A stretch of 64,000 bases of DNA, taken from Candidatus Wolframiiraptor sinensis (GTDB taxonomy: Archaea; Thermoproteota; Nitrososphaeria_A; Caldarchaeales; Wolframiiraptoraceae). The stretch covers positions 1 to 64,000 of the forward strand of contig JALNKA010000001.1 in assembly GCA_023261815.1 (NCBI GenBank), given 5' to 3'. Positions 1 through 10,854 of this stretch are shown in pieces. Each line of letters begins with the position of its first letter. The first letter of the stretch is position 1. Below the pieces are notes generated by a model. It was given only the letters and a program-made list of their open reading frames with translations. It had not been told where the DNA came from and ran no database searches. The position numbers and the translations under genes were made by a program.

Positions 1-214
1 GAGTCGGCTACATAATAATACTAGTCGCCATAATTCTCCAGATAATAGCATTCTTCCAGATACCGGTTGAGAAAGCTCCGCCAACTCCACCCCCAACTTG
101 AAATTGAGATAAAATCTACCTTTTTTTTATCATGGTCAAGCTCAGGATAGCTACTCCTAAAAATCGCGCAAAATTTAATCGGTACAAGATTCTGGATTTT
201 TATGTGATCCACTT

Positions 215-1742
215 ATGGAGGAATGTGTTGTAGGAATTGATATAGGGACCTCTGCTTGCAAGGTTCTAGCGATATCGCGCGACCTAGAAATCCTGAGCGA
301 AAAAAGGGGAAGTATCCGATATATGTGCCTAAGCCGGGTTGGACCGAGCAAAATCCCGAGGACTGGTGGGCGGCCGTTAGAGATCTATTGACCGGCATGT
401 CTAAAGAGCTGCGTAAAAAGGGCTATGAGATCGCTGGAATAGGGCTTACCGGCCAAATGCACGGTCTCGTTTTACTCGATGAGGATGGCAACGTTTTAAG
501 ACCATGCATAATGTGGAATGATCAGAGGAATTATAAGCAGTGCCCTTACGCAATTGAGAAGCTAGGTGGGCTCGAAAACGTTGTAAGGCTGATAAACAAC
601 GGGATAATGCCTGGATTTACTATCGGGAAGATACTATGGGTTATGGAGAACGAGCCGGAGATATTCGCCAAGTCGAAGAAGTTTCTCAACCCCAAGGATT
701 ACATAAGATTCAAGCTAACAGGCGATTATATCACCGACGTGAGTGACGCATCGGGGACGCACATGTTCGACGTCAAGAACCGCAAGTGGTGCGACGAGAT
801 ACTAGAGGCGCTGAACATCCCCAAGCATACACTACCCGACAAGGTGATGGAGTCTAGCGAGATAACGGGCTACGTTAGCGATCAGGTTTCAAGAGATGTT
901 GGGCTGAGTGGTGAGGTGGCGGTGGTGGGCGGTGGCGGCGACGCGGTCCTACAGCTTGCTGCATCGGGATCAATAGATCCAAGCAAGCTTTGCATACTGA
1001 TAGGCACATCTGGGGTTGTCGGGCTAACAGTCGATAAATATTTTGAAAACAGCGGAGGGATACTGCAGTTCTATTGCAATGTGATACGGGGAAGATGGAT
1101 GGTCTTCGGATGCACGCTCGCGGCGGGAGGATCGCTCGAATGGTTCAGGCAGGTATTCGCCGACTCGGAGGAGGCAGTGGCAAAATGGTGCAATAAATCT
1201 GTTTTCGACATACTGTCTGAGGAGGCTGAAAAGGCTCCAATAGGCTCCGGGGGCGTATTCTTCCTAATCATATCTAACGGGAGAGAGCACCGCATACTGA
1301 TCCAAATGCTAGAGGAGTTTTCATAGGACTTAACCTGATGACGAGAAAGCCCGAGGTCGTCAGAAGTGTGCTTGAGGGTGTGGCTTACAGCTTAAGAAGC
1401 GTTGGAGAGTTGTTGAAGGAAAAGTCGGGCGGAGAAATAAAGGAGGTATACCTCTCCGGTGGCGGGGCCGCGAGCAATGTCTGGAGGCAGATATTCGCGG
1501 ACATTTTCGGGGTAAAAGTGAGAACGTTGAAGCACAGTGAAAAGGGTGGCTCCTTGGGGGCAGCAATGCTAGCAGGCGTCGGAATTAAATTCTGGAAGAA
1601 ACTCGAGGATGCTGTAGAAAGCTTGGAAGTGGTTTATGAGAACGAGCATAATCCAGAAAGCCATGAAAAATATGAAAGGCTCTTCAGAATATACGAAAAG
1701 CTCTACCCAATACTGAAGCCCGCCTTCGACCTGACCTCATGA
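215..1742 (+). pseudogene. xylB: FGGY-family carbohydrate kinase (xylulokinase-like), frameshifted
   Basis: ATG215 gives MEECVVGIDIGTSACK; frame changes at the A/G run near 300 into PKPGWTEQNPEDWW and GLTGQMHG; further indels near 1265-1290 disrupt FFLxYLTGERAP; C-terminus in ORF 1338-1742 (SVLEGVAY, LSGGGA). Confidence 0.85.
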
Positions 1743-1992
1743 AGAAATCCAGCGGTAATGAGCGGCGGCAATCTCTAAAAATTATTGGAGGTTATGAGCT
1801 ATCGGACGTACCCGCGCGGGGGATCATGCTATCATGGCTGATGCCGTGTGTGGAGCATTGTTCAAGGATTAAAACATGCTGGAGCAAATCATCTTCCGGA
1901 GAACTAAGGGGATGAATCTTGGCGCCTTTCGTAGGCAGCCGAATCCTTTTAGGGCAAAATAAAGTAGCTTTATTGGAAGAGGTTGATACTCG

Positions 1993-3207
1993 ATGGGCGT
2001 TGGGCCGGTGAGGTCTAAGGCGTGGATTATACCGGCCTTGATGCTTGCTGCCCTGATATCTTTCACATTCTCCTATTCGCTCTCTCAGCCTAAAGTAATA
2101 ACTCAGACGATAACTGTAACCGGGAGTATCGAGGTTCCCTCCGTAACCCCGGATAAAGCATACGAGGAAAATGCTCGAGCACTGCTGCAGCACGTGAAGG
2201 AGTGGGTGGAGTCGCATCGAGGATTGCGCTTTAAGGAGGATGTGGGACTCGTGGTTCTCACGAGGGAGTGGGTTATGGAGCACTGGGGGGTGGGCGGGCT
2301 AAACGCCACGCAAGTCATGATCGAGGAGATCATCCTGAAGTCCCTATTCATGGTGCCGGAGAACTTCAACTTGACGGATTTCAAGGTTCGGGTAAGCGGC
2401 CACATGATCGCCGGCGCGGCCGACCACACGATATACGTCGTGAAGGAATTTTTTGATCCATCAGATAGGGTTGCATCCGGCGCGATTCTCGCGCACGAGC
2501 TGATGCACATCCTCCAAGGGGAATATTTCAGCCCGCCGGCACCCGGCCTCACGGATGAGAGAAACGCTTTAGCAGCCTTTGTCGAGGGCGAGGCGGGACT
2601 AGTCGGCTCCCAGTATCTGATAGAGCATGGGGGCAGGCCGCGGGACACCCTTCCTGAATCAATTCTCGACCCTCTTGAAGCTCTCTGGCTCTTCCCATAC
2701 ATCTACGGCGAGCCATTCGTGAGGTACTTTTATGAGTGGGGCGGCTGGAGCATGATCGACTTCCTCTATCTCGATCCACCGAGATCCACAGCCCAGATTC
2801 TTCATCCGGAGAAGTACTTGGAGGGGTGGAGTCCGATCCCAGTTGATCCGCCGCCGCATCCGGGCGATGGCTGGAGGCTCCTATACCAGGATACTATGGG
2901 CGAGTTCTTCATCCGTCAGGTTCTCAGAGCGCATCTCGATGGCTTATTCGCGAACAAGTCGGCTGAGGGCTGGCGGGGCGACATGCTCCAGCTCTATGAG
3001 AGAGATGGCGGCTACATGCTCAGGTGGAAGATTCTCTGGGAGAACGATGATGAGGCGGTGGAGTTCGCGGGCGCCTTCATGGAGCTGCTTGAGAGGGCTG
3101 GCGCCGGAAAGGTCGGCGAAAGTACATGGATCGCTGGGCATAGGCTCGTCGAGATTCGTATGGAGGATCGAGCAGTTCTGATAACCGTGATTTACGCTTC
3201 TCGGTAG
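1993..3207 (+). CDS. Secreted/surface protein with HExxH zinc-metallopeptidase motif (Hvo_1808-like surface protein)
   Basis: N-terminal hydrophobic signal; LAHELMHILQ, then AFVEGEA, FPYIYG and PPRSTAQILHPEKY. Confidence 0.65.
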   Translation: MGVGPVRSKAWIIPALMLAALISFTFSYSLSQPKVITQTITVTGSIEVPSVTPDKAYEENARALLQHVKEWVESHRGLRFKEDVGLVVLTREWVMEHWGVGGLNATQVMIEEIILKSLFMVPENFNLTDFKVRVSGHMIAGAADHTIYVVKEFFDPSDRVASGAILAHELMHILQGEYFSPPAPGLTDERNALAAFVEGEAGLVGSQYLIEHGGRPRDTLPESILDPLEALWLFPYIYGEPFVRYFYEWGGWSMIDFLYLDPPRSTAQILHPEKYLEGWSPIPVDPPPHPGDGWRLLYQDTMGEFFIRQVLRAHLDGLFANKSAEGWRGDMLQLYERDGGYMLRWKILWENDDEAVEFAGAFMELLERAGAGKVGESTWIAGHRLVEIRMEDRAVLITVIYASR

Positions 3208-3255
3208 CATGTCGCCCTGAAGGTTTAAAAGCTGGAGACCACGCGTTGGACTGGG

Positions 3256-3684
3256 ATGGGTAACGGCGAGCTTGCTGCGAGAAAGCTCAGGCTGAATAGG
3301 AAGAAGTTCAGGTGGAGTCAACGGCAGTACAGGGTTAGGATGCTGAGGCTGAAGGAGAGGGTTGACCCGCTCGAGGGCGCGCCGATGGCAAGGGGAATAG
3401 TGATCCAGAAGGTTGGGATAGAGTCTAGGCAGCCGAACTCGGCGGTCAGGAAGTGCGTGAGAGTTCAGCTGATAAAGAATGGCAAGGTCGTGACGGCCTT
3501 CTGCCCAGGTGATGGAGCCCTTAACGTGATAGATGAACATGATGAGGTGATAATCTGCGGAATAGGTGGAACCCTAGGCCGATCGATGGGCGATCTACCG
3601 GGCGTGAGATACAAGGTCGAGCTCGTAAACGGCGTCCCGCTGAAACTCCTAGTGCAGGGCAAGGTTCGGAAGCCGAAGAGGTAG
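3256..3684 (+). CDS. rps12: 30S ribosomal protein S12 (uS12)
   Basis: [19 protein letters not shown] and [10 protein letters not shown] motifs. Confidence 0.98.
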   Translation: MGNGELAARKLRLNRKKFRWSQRQYRVRMLRLKERVDPLEGAPMARGIVIQKVGIESRQPNSAVRKCVRVQLIKNGKVVTAFCPGDGALNVIDEHDEVIICGIGGTLGRSMGDLPGVRYKVELVNGVPLKLLVQGKVRKPKR

Positions 3685-3781
3685 ATGCGCTATAGAGCAG
3701 GAAGCTCCGCGCCTCCTAAAACCCCATTACGGAATGCCCTCGTTAGTGGAGACCCGGCGGGAAGAGGCTTAATGGATCACG

Positions 3782-4150
3782 TTAAAATGCTTTTTCTCGC
3801 GCTATCTTCTCGAGCATCTCCATTATTACTCTTCTGGCGGCATTCTCATCCCTCATCAGGAGATCATAGAACTCGTCAGGCGTCAGATCCTCAGAGCCGC
3901 TGAGGACGATAAGCCTGCCGCATATTATCTTGAAGGTCACCATGGCTCCATTCTCGCCGAAAAAGGCGGCTAATGCTTTGTAAAAGTCCTTGGGCCTTTT
4001 AAGGAATGCCGCGAGCGGATCCTCGCCCAATGACCTTCTAAGATGATAGCTCAGGGCCGTGAAGCAGCTTCTTCCCAGAATCGACTCGAAAATCGCCCTG
4101 ATGATTCCCCGAACATCACTCGCTTCCCATGACGCCCCGCCATCCCGCAT
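3782..4150 (-). CDS. Small helical hypothetical protein (resembles TACK NitrOD5/DUF3227-like output domains)
   Basis: ATG4150; IFESILG..ALSYHL..RPKDFYKALAAFFGENGA pattern; the upstream ORF extension is AT-rich promoter DNA. Confidence 0.5.
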   Translation of the reverse strand: MRDGGASWEASDVRGIIRAIFESILGRSCFTALSYHLRRSLGEDPLAAFLKRPKDFYKALAAFFGENGAMVTFKIICGRLIVLSGSEDLTPDEFYDLLMRDENAARRVIMEMLEKIAREKAF

Positions 4151-4297
4151 GCACAAAAATATACAATTTTCAAATTTAATATATTTTATAGCCTTAGCCT
4201 TATATCCATTCTCAGGATATCGGTTAAATATTATACAGGTCCGACATAAGCGAACATTTTGAGGTGGTTTGGCGCTTAAGGTAAACTTTTTGTTCAT

Positions 4298-4310
4298 CAA
4301 AGTTTATATT
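4298..4310 (+). promoter_or_regulatory. BRE/TATA promoter of trp operon
   Basis: caaagTTTATATT; TATA ends about 23 nt before ATG4333, consistent with a leaderless start. Confidence 0.65.
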
Positions 4311-4332
4311 TGTGCGTTATGGCATATCTTGC

Positions 4333-4371
4333 ATGAACGGTGGCTGTCTTTGGCTCGGAATCCCATGCTGA
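4333..4371 (+). CDS. uORF MNGGCLWLGIPC overlapping the trpE 5' end (putative Trp-sensing leader / +1 frameshift cassette)
   Basis: ATG AAC GGT GGC TGT CTT TGG CTC GGA ATC CCA TGC TGA read directly; the +1 frame at CTT-TGG is the TrpE frame. Confidence 0.55.
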   Translation: MNGGCLWLGIPC

Positions 4372-5746
4372 GAGGCGGTTTAAGCTCATAAGGCTCGATC
4401 TGGAGCTTAGCCCCCTCCAAGTTTTCGGGGCCATAAAAGGAGCCTGGCGGGATGCCTTCTTCTTGGAGTCACTAACCGGCCCCAGAAAGCTCGCAGAATA
4501 CAGCTTCATAGGCTTTGATCCAAGGCTGACAATCGAGTGCTATGACGGGTTCTCGAGAGTCTATGAAGGCGGGTCCATAGTCCATGAGGAGGATGGTGAT
4601 CCCCTGGATCTTCTGAGCAGCCTGGCTCGGCCGATAGCGGGCGCATCATTATCGCCCAGGCTCATTGGCGGCCTAGTCGGCTATGTCTCCTATGAGGCCT
4701 CCTACCTCTGGGAGGATATTCAGGTACGTGAGAAGCCGGGCAACGGCTTTCCATTCATGAAGTTCGGCTTATTTGATGATGCGCTGATCTACGATCACAG
4801 GAGGAGGATCTACTACTACTCGTGCGTGGGTAATGATCGGCTGAGTGAGGTCAAGAGGGTTTTGAGGGATGTCGGGCCCCAGCTGGCCGACCGCGGCCCC
4901 AAGTACACCTGCCCGAGAAGCAACATGAGCATGCGCGAGTTCATGGACATCGTTGAGACCGGAAAAGAGTATATCGGCCGCGGCGACATCTTCCAAGTAG
5001 TCCTCTCGAGGAGGCTCGAGTTCGAGTTAGCGGGAGATCTACTTCCATTCTATCTCAGGCTTAGGGATCTTAATCCATCGCCCTACATGTACTATCTCAG
5101 GCTTGGTGATGATGAGCTTGTTGGAGCGAGCCCCGAGATGCTGATTAGGGTTGAGGGCGGAAGGATGGCGACATTCCCAATAGCTGGGACCAGGCCGAGG
5201 ATGGGCGACGCGTTGCTCGAGGAGGAGTCGGATCGCGAGCTCCTCTCCGATGAGAAGGAGAGAGCCGAGCATGTGATGCTCGTAGATCTCGCAAGGAATG
5301 ATCTCGCGAAGGTCGCCGAGCCGGGATCTGTCGAGGTGAAGGACTTTATGATTTTGGTAAAGTATAGCCACGTGAAGCACATAGTCTCGAGGGTTGAGGC
5401 TAGGCTGAGAAGCGGCGCGACGATGTATGACGCGTTTAAGGCGGTCTTCCCAGCGGGCACGGTCTCAGGGGCGCCGAAGCCCAGGGCCATGGAGATAATT
5501 GAAGAGCTTGAGCCAGTTCGGAGAGGCCCTTACGCTGGAGCTCTCGGATACTTCTCTATGAACGGTTGCTGCGACTTCGCAATCACGATAAGAACGCTGA
5601 TCAGGAGGTCGCGCACCGCCTACATACAGGCCGGCGCAGGGATAGTCTGGGACTCGATCCCTGAGCGCGAGTGGAATGAGACTCAGCACAAGATGATGGC
5701 TCTCGTGAAAGCTCTCGAGGAGGCTGGTGAGATATGCGAGTTCTAA
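4340..5746 (+). CDS. trpE: Anthranilate synthase component I
   Basis: FFLES, GDIFQVVLSRR, NPSPYMYY, GASPE, PIAGTRPR, EHVMLVDLARND, FPAGTVSGAPK; true start uncertain. Confidence 0.97.
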   Translation: MAVFGSESHAERRFKLIRLDLELSPLQVFGAIKGAWRDAFFLESLTGPRKLAEYSFIGFDPRLTIECYDGFSRVYEGGSIVHEEDGDPLDLLSSLARPIAGASLSPRLIGGLVGYVSYEASYLWEDIQVREKPGNGFPFMKFGLFDDALIYDHRRRIYYYSCVGNDRLSEVKRVLRDVGPQLADRGPKYTCPRSNMSMREFMDIVETGKEYIGRGDIFQVVLSRRLEFELAGDLLPFYLRLRDLNPSPYMYYLRLGDDELVGASPEMLIRVEGGRMATFPIAGTRPRMGDALLEEESDRELLSDEKERAEHVMLVDLARNDLAKVAEPGSVEVKDFMILVKYSHVKHIVSRVEARLRSGATMYDAFKAVFPAGTVSGAPKPRAMEIIEELEPVRRGPYAGALGYFSMNGCCDFAITIRTLIRRSRTAYIQAGAGIVWDSIPEREWNETQHKMMALVKALEEAGEICEF

Positions 5747-6318
5747 TACTCGACAACTTCGACTCATTTGTCTACATTCTCGCGGACTACGTGGGCAAGC
5801 TGGGAGCCAAGGCCATAGTGGCGCGAAGCAACAGAATCTCCCTAGATGAGGTGGAGGAGATCGATCCCCACAAAATCATAATCTCGCCCGGCCCAGGCCA
5901 CCCATCGGAGAAGCAGTACACCGGGGTCTGCGAGGATGTTATCAGGAGGTTCTCGAGGGATACGCCGATACTGGGGGTCTGCCTAGGTCATCAGCTGATA
6001 GTTCACGCCTTCGGAGGCCGGGTCATAAGAGCTAAGAGGATAGTTCACGGAAAGCCGAGCAGGATAAGCCATGATGGAAGAGGCGTGTTCAGGGGGCTTG
6101 AGAACCCGCTCATAGCCGGAAGATATCACTCGCTCGTCGCCGAGGAGGAGAGCCTGCCGAGGTGCCTCGAGATATCCGCGAGATCGATTGAGGAGAACGA
6201 GATCATGGGCGTTAGGCATCGAGGCTTGCCGATCGCGGGCCTCCAATTCCACCCCGAATCCATCCTCACCGCCAGCGGCATCAAGATTCTCAGAAACTTC
6301 TTGGAGGGTGAGGTATGA
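5734..6318 (+). CDS. trpG: Anthranilate synthase component II (glutamine amidotransferase)
   Basis: DNFDSF, ISPGPG, GVCLGHQ, RYHSL, QFHPES. Confidence 0.97.
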   Translation: MRVLILDNFDSFVYILADYVGKLGAKAIVARSNRISLDEVEEIDPHKIIISPGPGHPSEKQYTGVCEDVIRRFSRDTPILGVCLGHQLIVHAFGGRVIRAKRIVHGKPSRISHDGRGVFRGLENPLIAGRYHSLVAEEESLPRCLEISARSIEENEIMGVRHRGLPIAGLQFHPESILTASGIKILRNFLEGEV

Positions 6319-7382
6319 GCATAATGGATGCGATAAAATTGCTCGTAGAGCATGGCAGGATCGAGCCGGATCTCGCGGCGAGGTGCATGGAGGAGCTGAT
6401 GAGGGGCGAGGCGACGCAGGCTCAGGCCGCTGCCTTCCTCACGGCTCTACGCATACGCGGCGAAGACCCGGCCGTGATAGCCGCCATGTCCAGCGTCATG
6501 AGGAGATTCGCGACGCCGATACGCGTGGATCCCGGGAAGAATAGGCTCATAGATACGTGCGGGACGGGCGGCGACGCGATCAAGACGATTAACGTTAGCA
6601 CGGCGTCGGGGCTCGTGGCCGCGGCGTCGGGAGGCCGGGTTGCCAAGCACGGCAATAGGTCGTTCACGGGGTACTGTGGCAGCGCCGACTTCCTCGAGGA
6701 GCTGGGTGTGAAGATAGACTTGGACCCGGACACGGTCTCGAGGTGCATCGAATCACTCGGCTTCGGCTTCATCTACGCCCCAAGATATCATCAATCCATG
6801 AAGAACGTTATGCCCGTGAGAAGGGAGATCGGGATAAGAACGATCTTCAATATACTCGGCCCCCTGACGAATCCAGCTCCGGTGAATGCTCAGGTTCTAG
6901 GAGTCTTCTCCCGCGAGTTCATGGGCCGCGTCGCGGAGGCTCTCGGGCTTCTCGGGAGGGAGGAGGCGGCGATAATCCATGGGATCGGCGGGCTGGACGA
7001 GGTATCAATATTCTCGGAGACCGAGGTTATCTGGATAAGGAATGGTGAGGCAGAGCCGATGATCATTAGGCCTGAGAGCTTTGGCCTCGAGAAAGCGAGG
7101 GTCGAGGAGGTGATCGTGAGTAGCAGGGAGGAGTGCGTCAAGAAGACGCTGGGCGCCCTCGCGGGAGCTCTCGGAAGATCTCATCCATTAACGAGGCTTC
7201 TCCTCGCGAACTCGTCATTGTCCCTAATGGTCGCGGGCTTAGCCGATGACCTAAAGGAGGGCGCGGAGCTGGCCTGGCGCGTGATAGAGTCGGGGAAACC
7301 GATCGAGCTATTGAGCAGGCTCGTGAAGATGACCGGCGGCGATGAGAGCAGATTCGAGTCATGGATGAGGGTGATAGAATGA
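6315..7382 (+). CDS. trpD: Anthranilate phosphoribosyltransferase
   Basis: DTCGTGGD, NVST, AKHGNRS, RTIFNILGPLTNP, GLDE. Confidence 0.98.
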   Translation: MSIMDAIKLLVEHGRIEPDLAARCMEELMRGEATQAQAAAFLTALRIRGEDPAVIAAMSSVMRRFATPIRVDPGKNRLIDTCGTGGDAIKTINVSTASGLVAAASGGRVAKHGNRSFTGYCGSADFLEELGVKIDLDPDTVSRCIESLGFGFIYAPRYHQSMKNVMPVRREIGIRTIFNILGPLTNPAPVNAQVLGVFSREFMGRVAEALGLLGREEAAIIHGIGGLDEVSIFSETEVIWIRNGEAEPMIIRPESFGLEKARVEEVIVSSREECVKKTLGALAGALGRSHPLTRLLLANSSLSLMVAGLADDLKEGAELAWRVIESGKPIELLSRLVKMTGGDESRFESWMRVIE

Positions 7383-8164
7383 ACTTCCTAGAGAAAGCAT
7401 GCCTCCAGGCGAGAAGAAGGATTTCCGAGGGATACTACAACTTAGATTTCTATGAGGCCCCGGCTAGCAGGCCGAGCATGCTAGAGGCCCTGAACAAGCC
7501 GGGGGTCTCGCTGATATGCGAGCTAAAGCTCCGATCACCCGCGATGGGGGTCATAAGGGATGCGCGGAACCCGTTAAACCTCATTGAGGAGATGGAGGCC
7601 GCTGGGGCTGACGCGATCTCGATCATAACCGATCCGGACAACTTCTCTGGGTCAATACATTACCTCGCGGAGGCCTCGAAGATCACGAGGCTTCCAACGC
7701 TGATGAAGGATTTCATAGTGTCCGATGTGCAGATAGAGGCGGCTCGCAGGGCCGGCGCATCCGCGATCCTCCTAATCTACCCAGCATTCTCGAGGGGCTA
7801 CGCACTGCTCGGGCTGAGAGAAGCGATAGACCTCGCCCACAGCATGGGGCTCGAAGTCATCCTCGAATCCTACGACATGGAGGATCTCAGGGCCTCGCTC
7901 AGCTATGACGCGGATCTCCTGGGCGTGAACTCCAGGAACCTAGATACGCTCGAGCTCAGCCTTGACCGCGCATATGAGTTGATCGCATCGCTCAGTGACC
8001 CCGATGAGCGGGTAATCTTGGAGAGCGGGATCAGCTCCGCATCCCAGATAAGGCGATTCGCAGAGTTGGGGGTGAATAAATTCCTGGTCGGCACATCGAT
8101 AATGGCCTCGAATAGCATAGCGTTGAAGATAAGGGAGCTCAAGGGGGCGTTGCGTAATGGTTAG
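7379..8164 (+). CDS. trpC: Indole-3-glycerol phosphate synthase
   Basis: ICELKLRSP, LMKDFIV, GVNSRNL, ESGI, LVGTSIM; ATGA overlap with trpD. Confidence 0.95.
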   Translation: MNFLEKACLQARRRISEGYYNLDFYEAPASRPSMLEALNKPGVSLICELKLRSPAMGVIRDARNPLNLIEEMEAAGADAISIITDPDNFSGSIHYLAEASKITRLPTLMKDFIVSDVQIEAARRAGASAILLIYPAFSRGYALLGLREAIDLAHSMGLEVILESYDMEDLRASLSYDADLLGVNSRNLDTLELSLDRAYELIASLSDPDERVILESGISSASQIRRFAELGVNKFLVGTSIMASNSIALKIRELKGALRNG

Positions 8165-8771
8165 AGTGAAGATATGCGGGATAACGCGGGAGGAAGATCT
8201 CGCTGCTGCAGCAGCCCACGGCGCTGATGCAATAGGGCTTGTAGTCGGCTTCCCGAGATCCCCGAGAAACCTCTCAATCGAGAGGGCGAGAGCGCTCAGG
8301 AGGATGGCGCCGCCATTCCTCGACGTCGTCCTAGTGGTTGATGGGGCGGATCGCGATATGCTCATCAGGGCGGTCCGCGAGATAAGGCCGGACGCGGTCC
8401 AAGTATACGGCGAAGTGAACCCGAATATGCTGAGGGACCTCGGCGCCGGGTGGATAATCAAGCCTGTCCGCGTGGAGCCTGGCATCGAGTTAGATTACGA
8501 CGGCTTTGACGCAATCCTCTTGGACAGTAGCATGGGCAGGGGGCTAATGCCGGACTGGAGGCTTTGCAGGGAGATGAGGGAAAGATCCAGGCTCCCAGTG
8601 ATTCTGGCTGGAGGCCTCAACCCCCAAAACGTTCTCGATGCGATCAGAATTGTCAAGCCTTACGGCGTTGATGTCTCGAGCGGCGTCGAGCTCTCACCCG
8701 GTATAAAGGACGCGCACATGATAAGAGAGTTCATTAGGAGGGTTAGGGAGGCGGAGCTGGATGAAGTATAA
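8157..8771 (+). CDS. trpF: Phosphoribosylanthranilate isomerase
   Basis: [27 protein letters not shown]. Confidence 0.97.
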   Translation: MVRVKICGITREEDLAAAAAHGADAIGLVVGFPRSPRNLSIERARALRRMAPPFLDVVLVVDGADRDMLIRAVREIRPDAVQVYGEVNPNMLRDLGAGWIIKPVRVEPGIELDYDGFDAILLDSSMGRGLMPDWRLCREMRERSRLPVILAGGLNPQNVLDAIRIVKPYGVDVSSGVELSPGIKDAHMIREFIRRVREAELDEV

Positions 8772-9951
8772 TCTTCCGACTAGTGATGGGAGGTTCGGTA
8801 GGTTTGGCGGCCGATATGTGCCGGAGACGCTGATGGAGGCTCTGAGCGAGCTCGAGGAAAGCTACATCAAGCTAAAGAACGACCCGGATTTCAGGCGAGA
8901 GCTCGACTACATGCTGCGCGAATACGCCGGCAGGCCGACACCGCTCTACTACGCCGAGAACCTGACTAAAATTATCGGCGGCGCGAAGATTTACCTGAAG
9001 CGCGAGGACCTGCTGCACGGAGGAGCCCATAAGATAAACAACACGCTCGGCCAGGGGCTGCTGGCAAAGCGGATGGGGAAGAAGAGGGTGATAGCTGAGA
9101 CGGGAGCCGGTCAGCATGGCGTCGCGACGGCGATGGCCTGCGCGGTCCTAGGGCTGAAATGCGAGATCTACATGGGCGAGATAGACATGGAGAGGCAGAG
9201 GATGAACGTGCAGCGCATGAGGCTCCTCGGAGCCGAGGTCCACCCGGTATCATCGGGATCTAAGACACTGAAGGACGCGATAAATGAGGCGATAAGAGAT
9301 TGGGTGACGAACGTGGAGACGACATACTATCTCCTGGGATCGTGCGTGGGCCCGCACCCATATCCAATGATAGTCAGGGACTTCCAGTCAGTGATAGGCG
9401 CCGAGGCGAGAAGCCAGATCCTCGAGAAGGAGGGAAGGCTCCCGGATTACGTCGTGGCATGCGTCGGAGGCGGAAGCAACGCGATAGGAATCTTCCACCC
9501 ATTCATCGAGGATAAGGAGGTTAAGCTGATCGGCGTTGAGGCGGGCGGAGAGGGCACCGAGCTCGGAAAGCACTCGGCATCACTCGTGAGGGGTCTCGAG
9601 GGAGTCCTGCACGGCGCGCTAACATATGTGCTCCAAGATGAGGATGGGCAGATAGCTGGGACGCACAGCATAGCGGCCGGCCTAGATTACCCTGCGGTCG
9701 GGCCGGAGCACGCCTACCTGAAGGAGACGGGGAGAGCAGAGTATACCACTGTGACGGATGATGAAGCTCTCCAAGCATTCTTAACACTCTCGAGGACTGA
9801 GGGGATCCTGCCGGCCCTCGAATCAGCTCACGCCCTGGCATACGCCATCAAACTCGCCGAGAACCTCAGCAGAGATGAGATAATAATCGTGAACCTCTCG
9901 GGCAGGGGGGACAAGGATCTCGAGACCGTTCTGAGGAGGCTTGGAAGATGA
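8761..9951 (+). CDS. trpB: Tryptophan synthase beta chain (TrpB1 type)
   Basis: [48 protein letters not shown]. Confidence 0.99.
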   Translation: MKYNLPTSDGRFGRFGGRYVPETLMEALSELEESYIKLKNDPDFRRELDYMLREYAGRPTPLYYAENLTKIIGGAKIYLKREDLLHGGAHKINNTLGQGLLAKRMGKKRVIAETGAGQHGVATAMACAVLGLKCEIYMGEIDMERQRMNVQRMRLLGAEVHPVSSGSKTLKDAINEAIRDWVTNVETTYYLLGSCVGPHPYPMIVRDFQSVIGAEARSQILEKEGRLPDYVVACVGGGSNAIGIFHPFIEDKEVKLIGVEAGGEGTELGKHSASLVRGLEGVLHGALTYVLQDEDGQIAGTHSIAAGLDYPAVGPEHAYLKETGRAEYTTVTDDEALQAFLTLSRTEGILPALESAHALAYAIKLAENLSRDEIIIVNLSGRGDKDLETVLRRLGR

Positions 9952-10754
9952 ATGGGCTCGAGGAGAGGTTTAGGCGGGCGAGGAGGAGGGGCTGCTCCCT
10001 CTTCATACCATACATCACGGGCGGCTACCCGGACATGAAGTCCTGCAGAAGGATAATCGAGGCGATGATTCAAGCCGGAGCAGAGGTGATAGAGCTCGGG
10101 ATACCATTCTCGGACCCGATAGCGGATGGGGTCACGATCCAGGAATCCACGTTCAGGGCGCTTCAAGCTGGAGCAACCCCGAAGGGGGTTTTGGAGCTTG
10201 CAGGCGAGATCTCGGCCTCACACGACATCTCCATAGCCATCCTGACATATCTCAACCCTGTTTATCGCATGGGGTTGAGGAGGTTCATGGAGGAGGCTTC
10301 GAGACGCGGCGTGGATGGAATCATAATACCGGATCTGCCGCTTGAGGAGGCCGGCCCAGTAAAGAGGATCGCCATGGAATATGGCGTCTCGCTGATACTT
10401 CTCGCAGCGCCCACGACGAGCGACGAGAGGCTCGCGAGAATACTCGATGAGACCATGGGATTCGCCTACCTCGTATCGCTCACGGGAACCACGGGCGAGA
10501 GGGATGCTCTTCCGCCAACCGCGATCCAGCTGCTTCAGAGAAGCAAGAGGCTGAACCCCGTGAAGCCCGTGGCCGTAGGCTTCGGGGTCTCGAGGCCGAG
10601 TCAAGCGGTCGAGCTCGCAAGGCTCGGAGCAGATGGAGTGATAGCCGGAAGCAGGATAATCTCGGAGATAAGGAGGAGCATGGAGAATCCGGAGAAGGCT
10701 GTCGGGAGGCTCGTGAGGGAGTTCGTGAAAGCCCTCAGCAGCCCTGGCCAATAA
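9948..10754 (+). CDS. trpA: Tryptophan synthase alpha chain
   Basis: [32 protein letters not shown]. Confidence 0.98.
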   Translation: MNGLEERFRRARRRGCSLFIPYITGGYPDMKSCRRIIEAMIQAGAEVIELGIPFSDPIADGVTIQESTFRALQAGATPKGVLELAGEISASHDISIAILTYLNPVYRMGLRRFMEEASRRGVDGIIIPDLPLEEAGPVKRIAMEYGVSLILLAAPTTSDERLARILDETMGFAYLVSLTGTTGERDALPPTAIQLLQRSKRLNPVKPVAVGFGVSRPSQAVELARLGADGVIAGSRIISEIRRSMENPEKAVGRLVREFVKALSSPGQ

Positions 10755-10854
10755 CCGGGCACACCTCCAGAAAGCCAGATCATGCGCCGGCTCATGGAGA
10801 GATGGGCTGGAGCAATCTTTATAGCGAGATCGGAGTCTTTAGGGTAAGGGCTTC

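Noticed and set aside
3700-3781. H/ACA-like hairpin after rps12 (CCATTA/TAATGG, CCTC/GAGG)
   Set aside because: Short stems with no ACA box or clear K-turn; may simply lie between convergent terminators.
10755-10854. Attenuator or leader before the pyr operon
   Set aside because: Only a TATA-like CTTTATAG and short weak complementarity; no U-tract hairpin or informative uORF.
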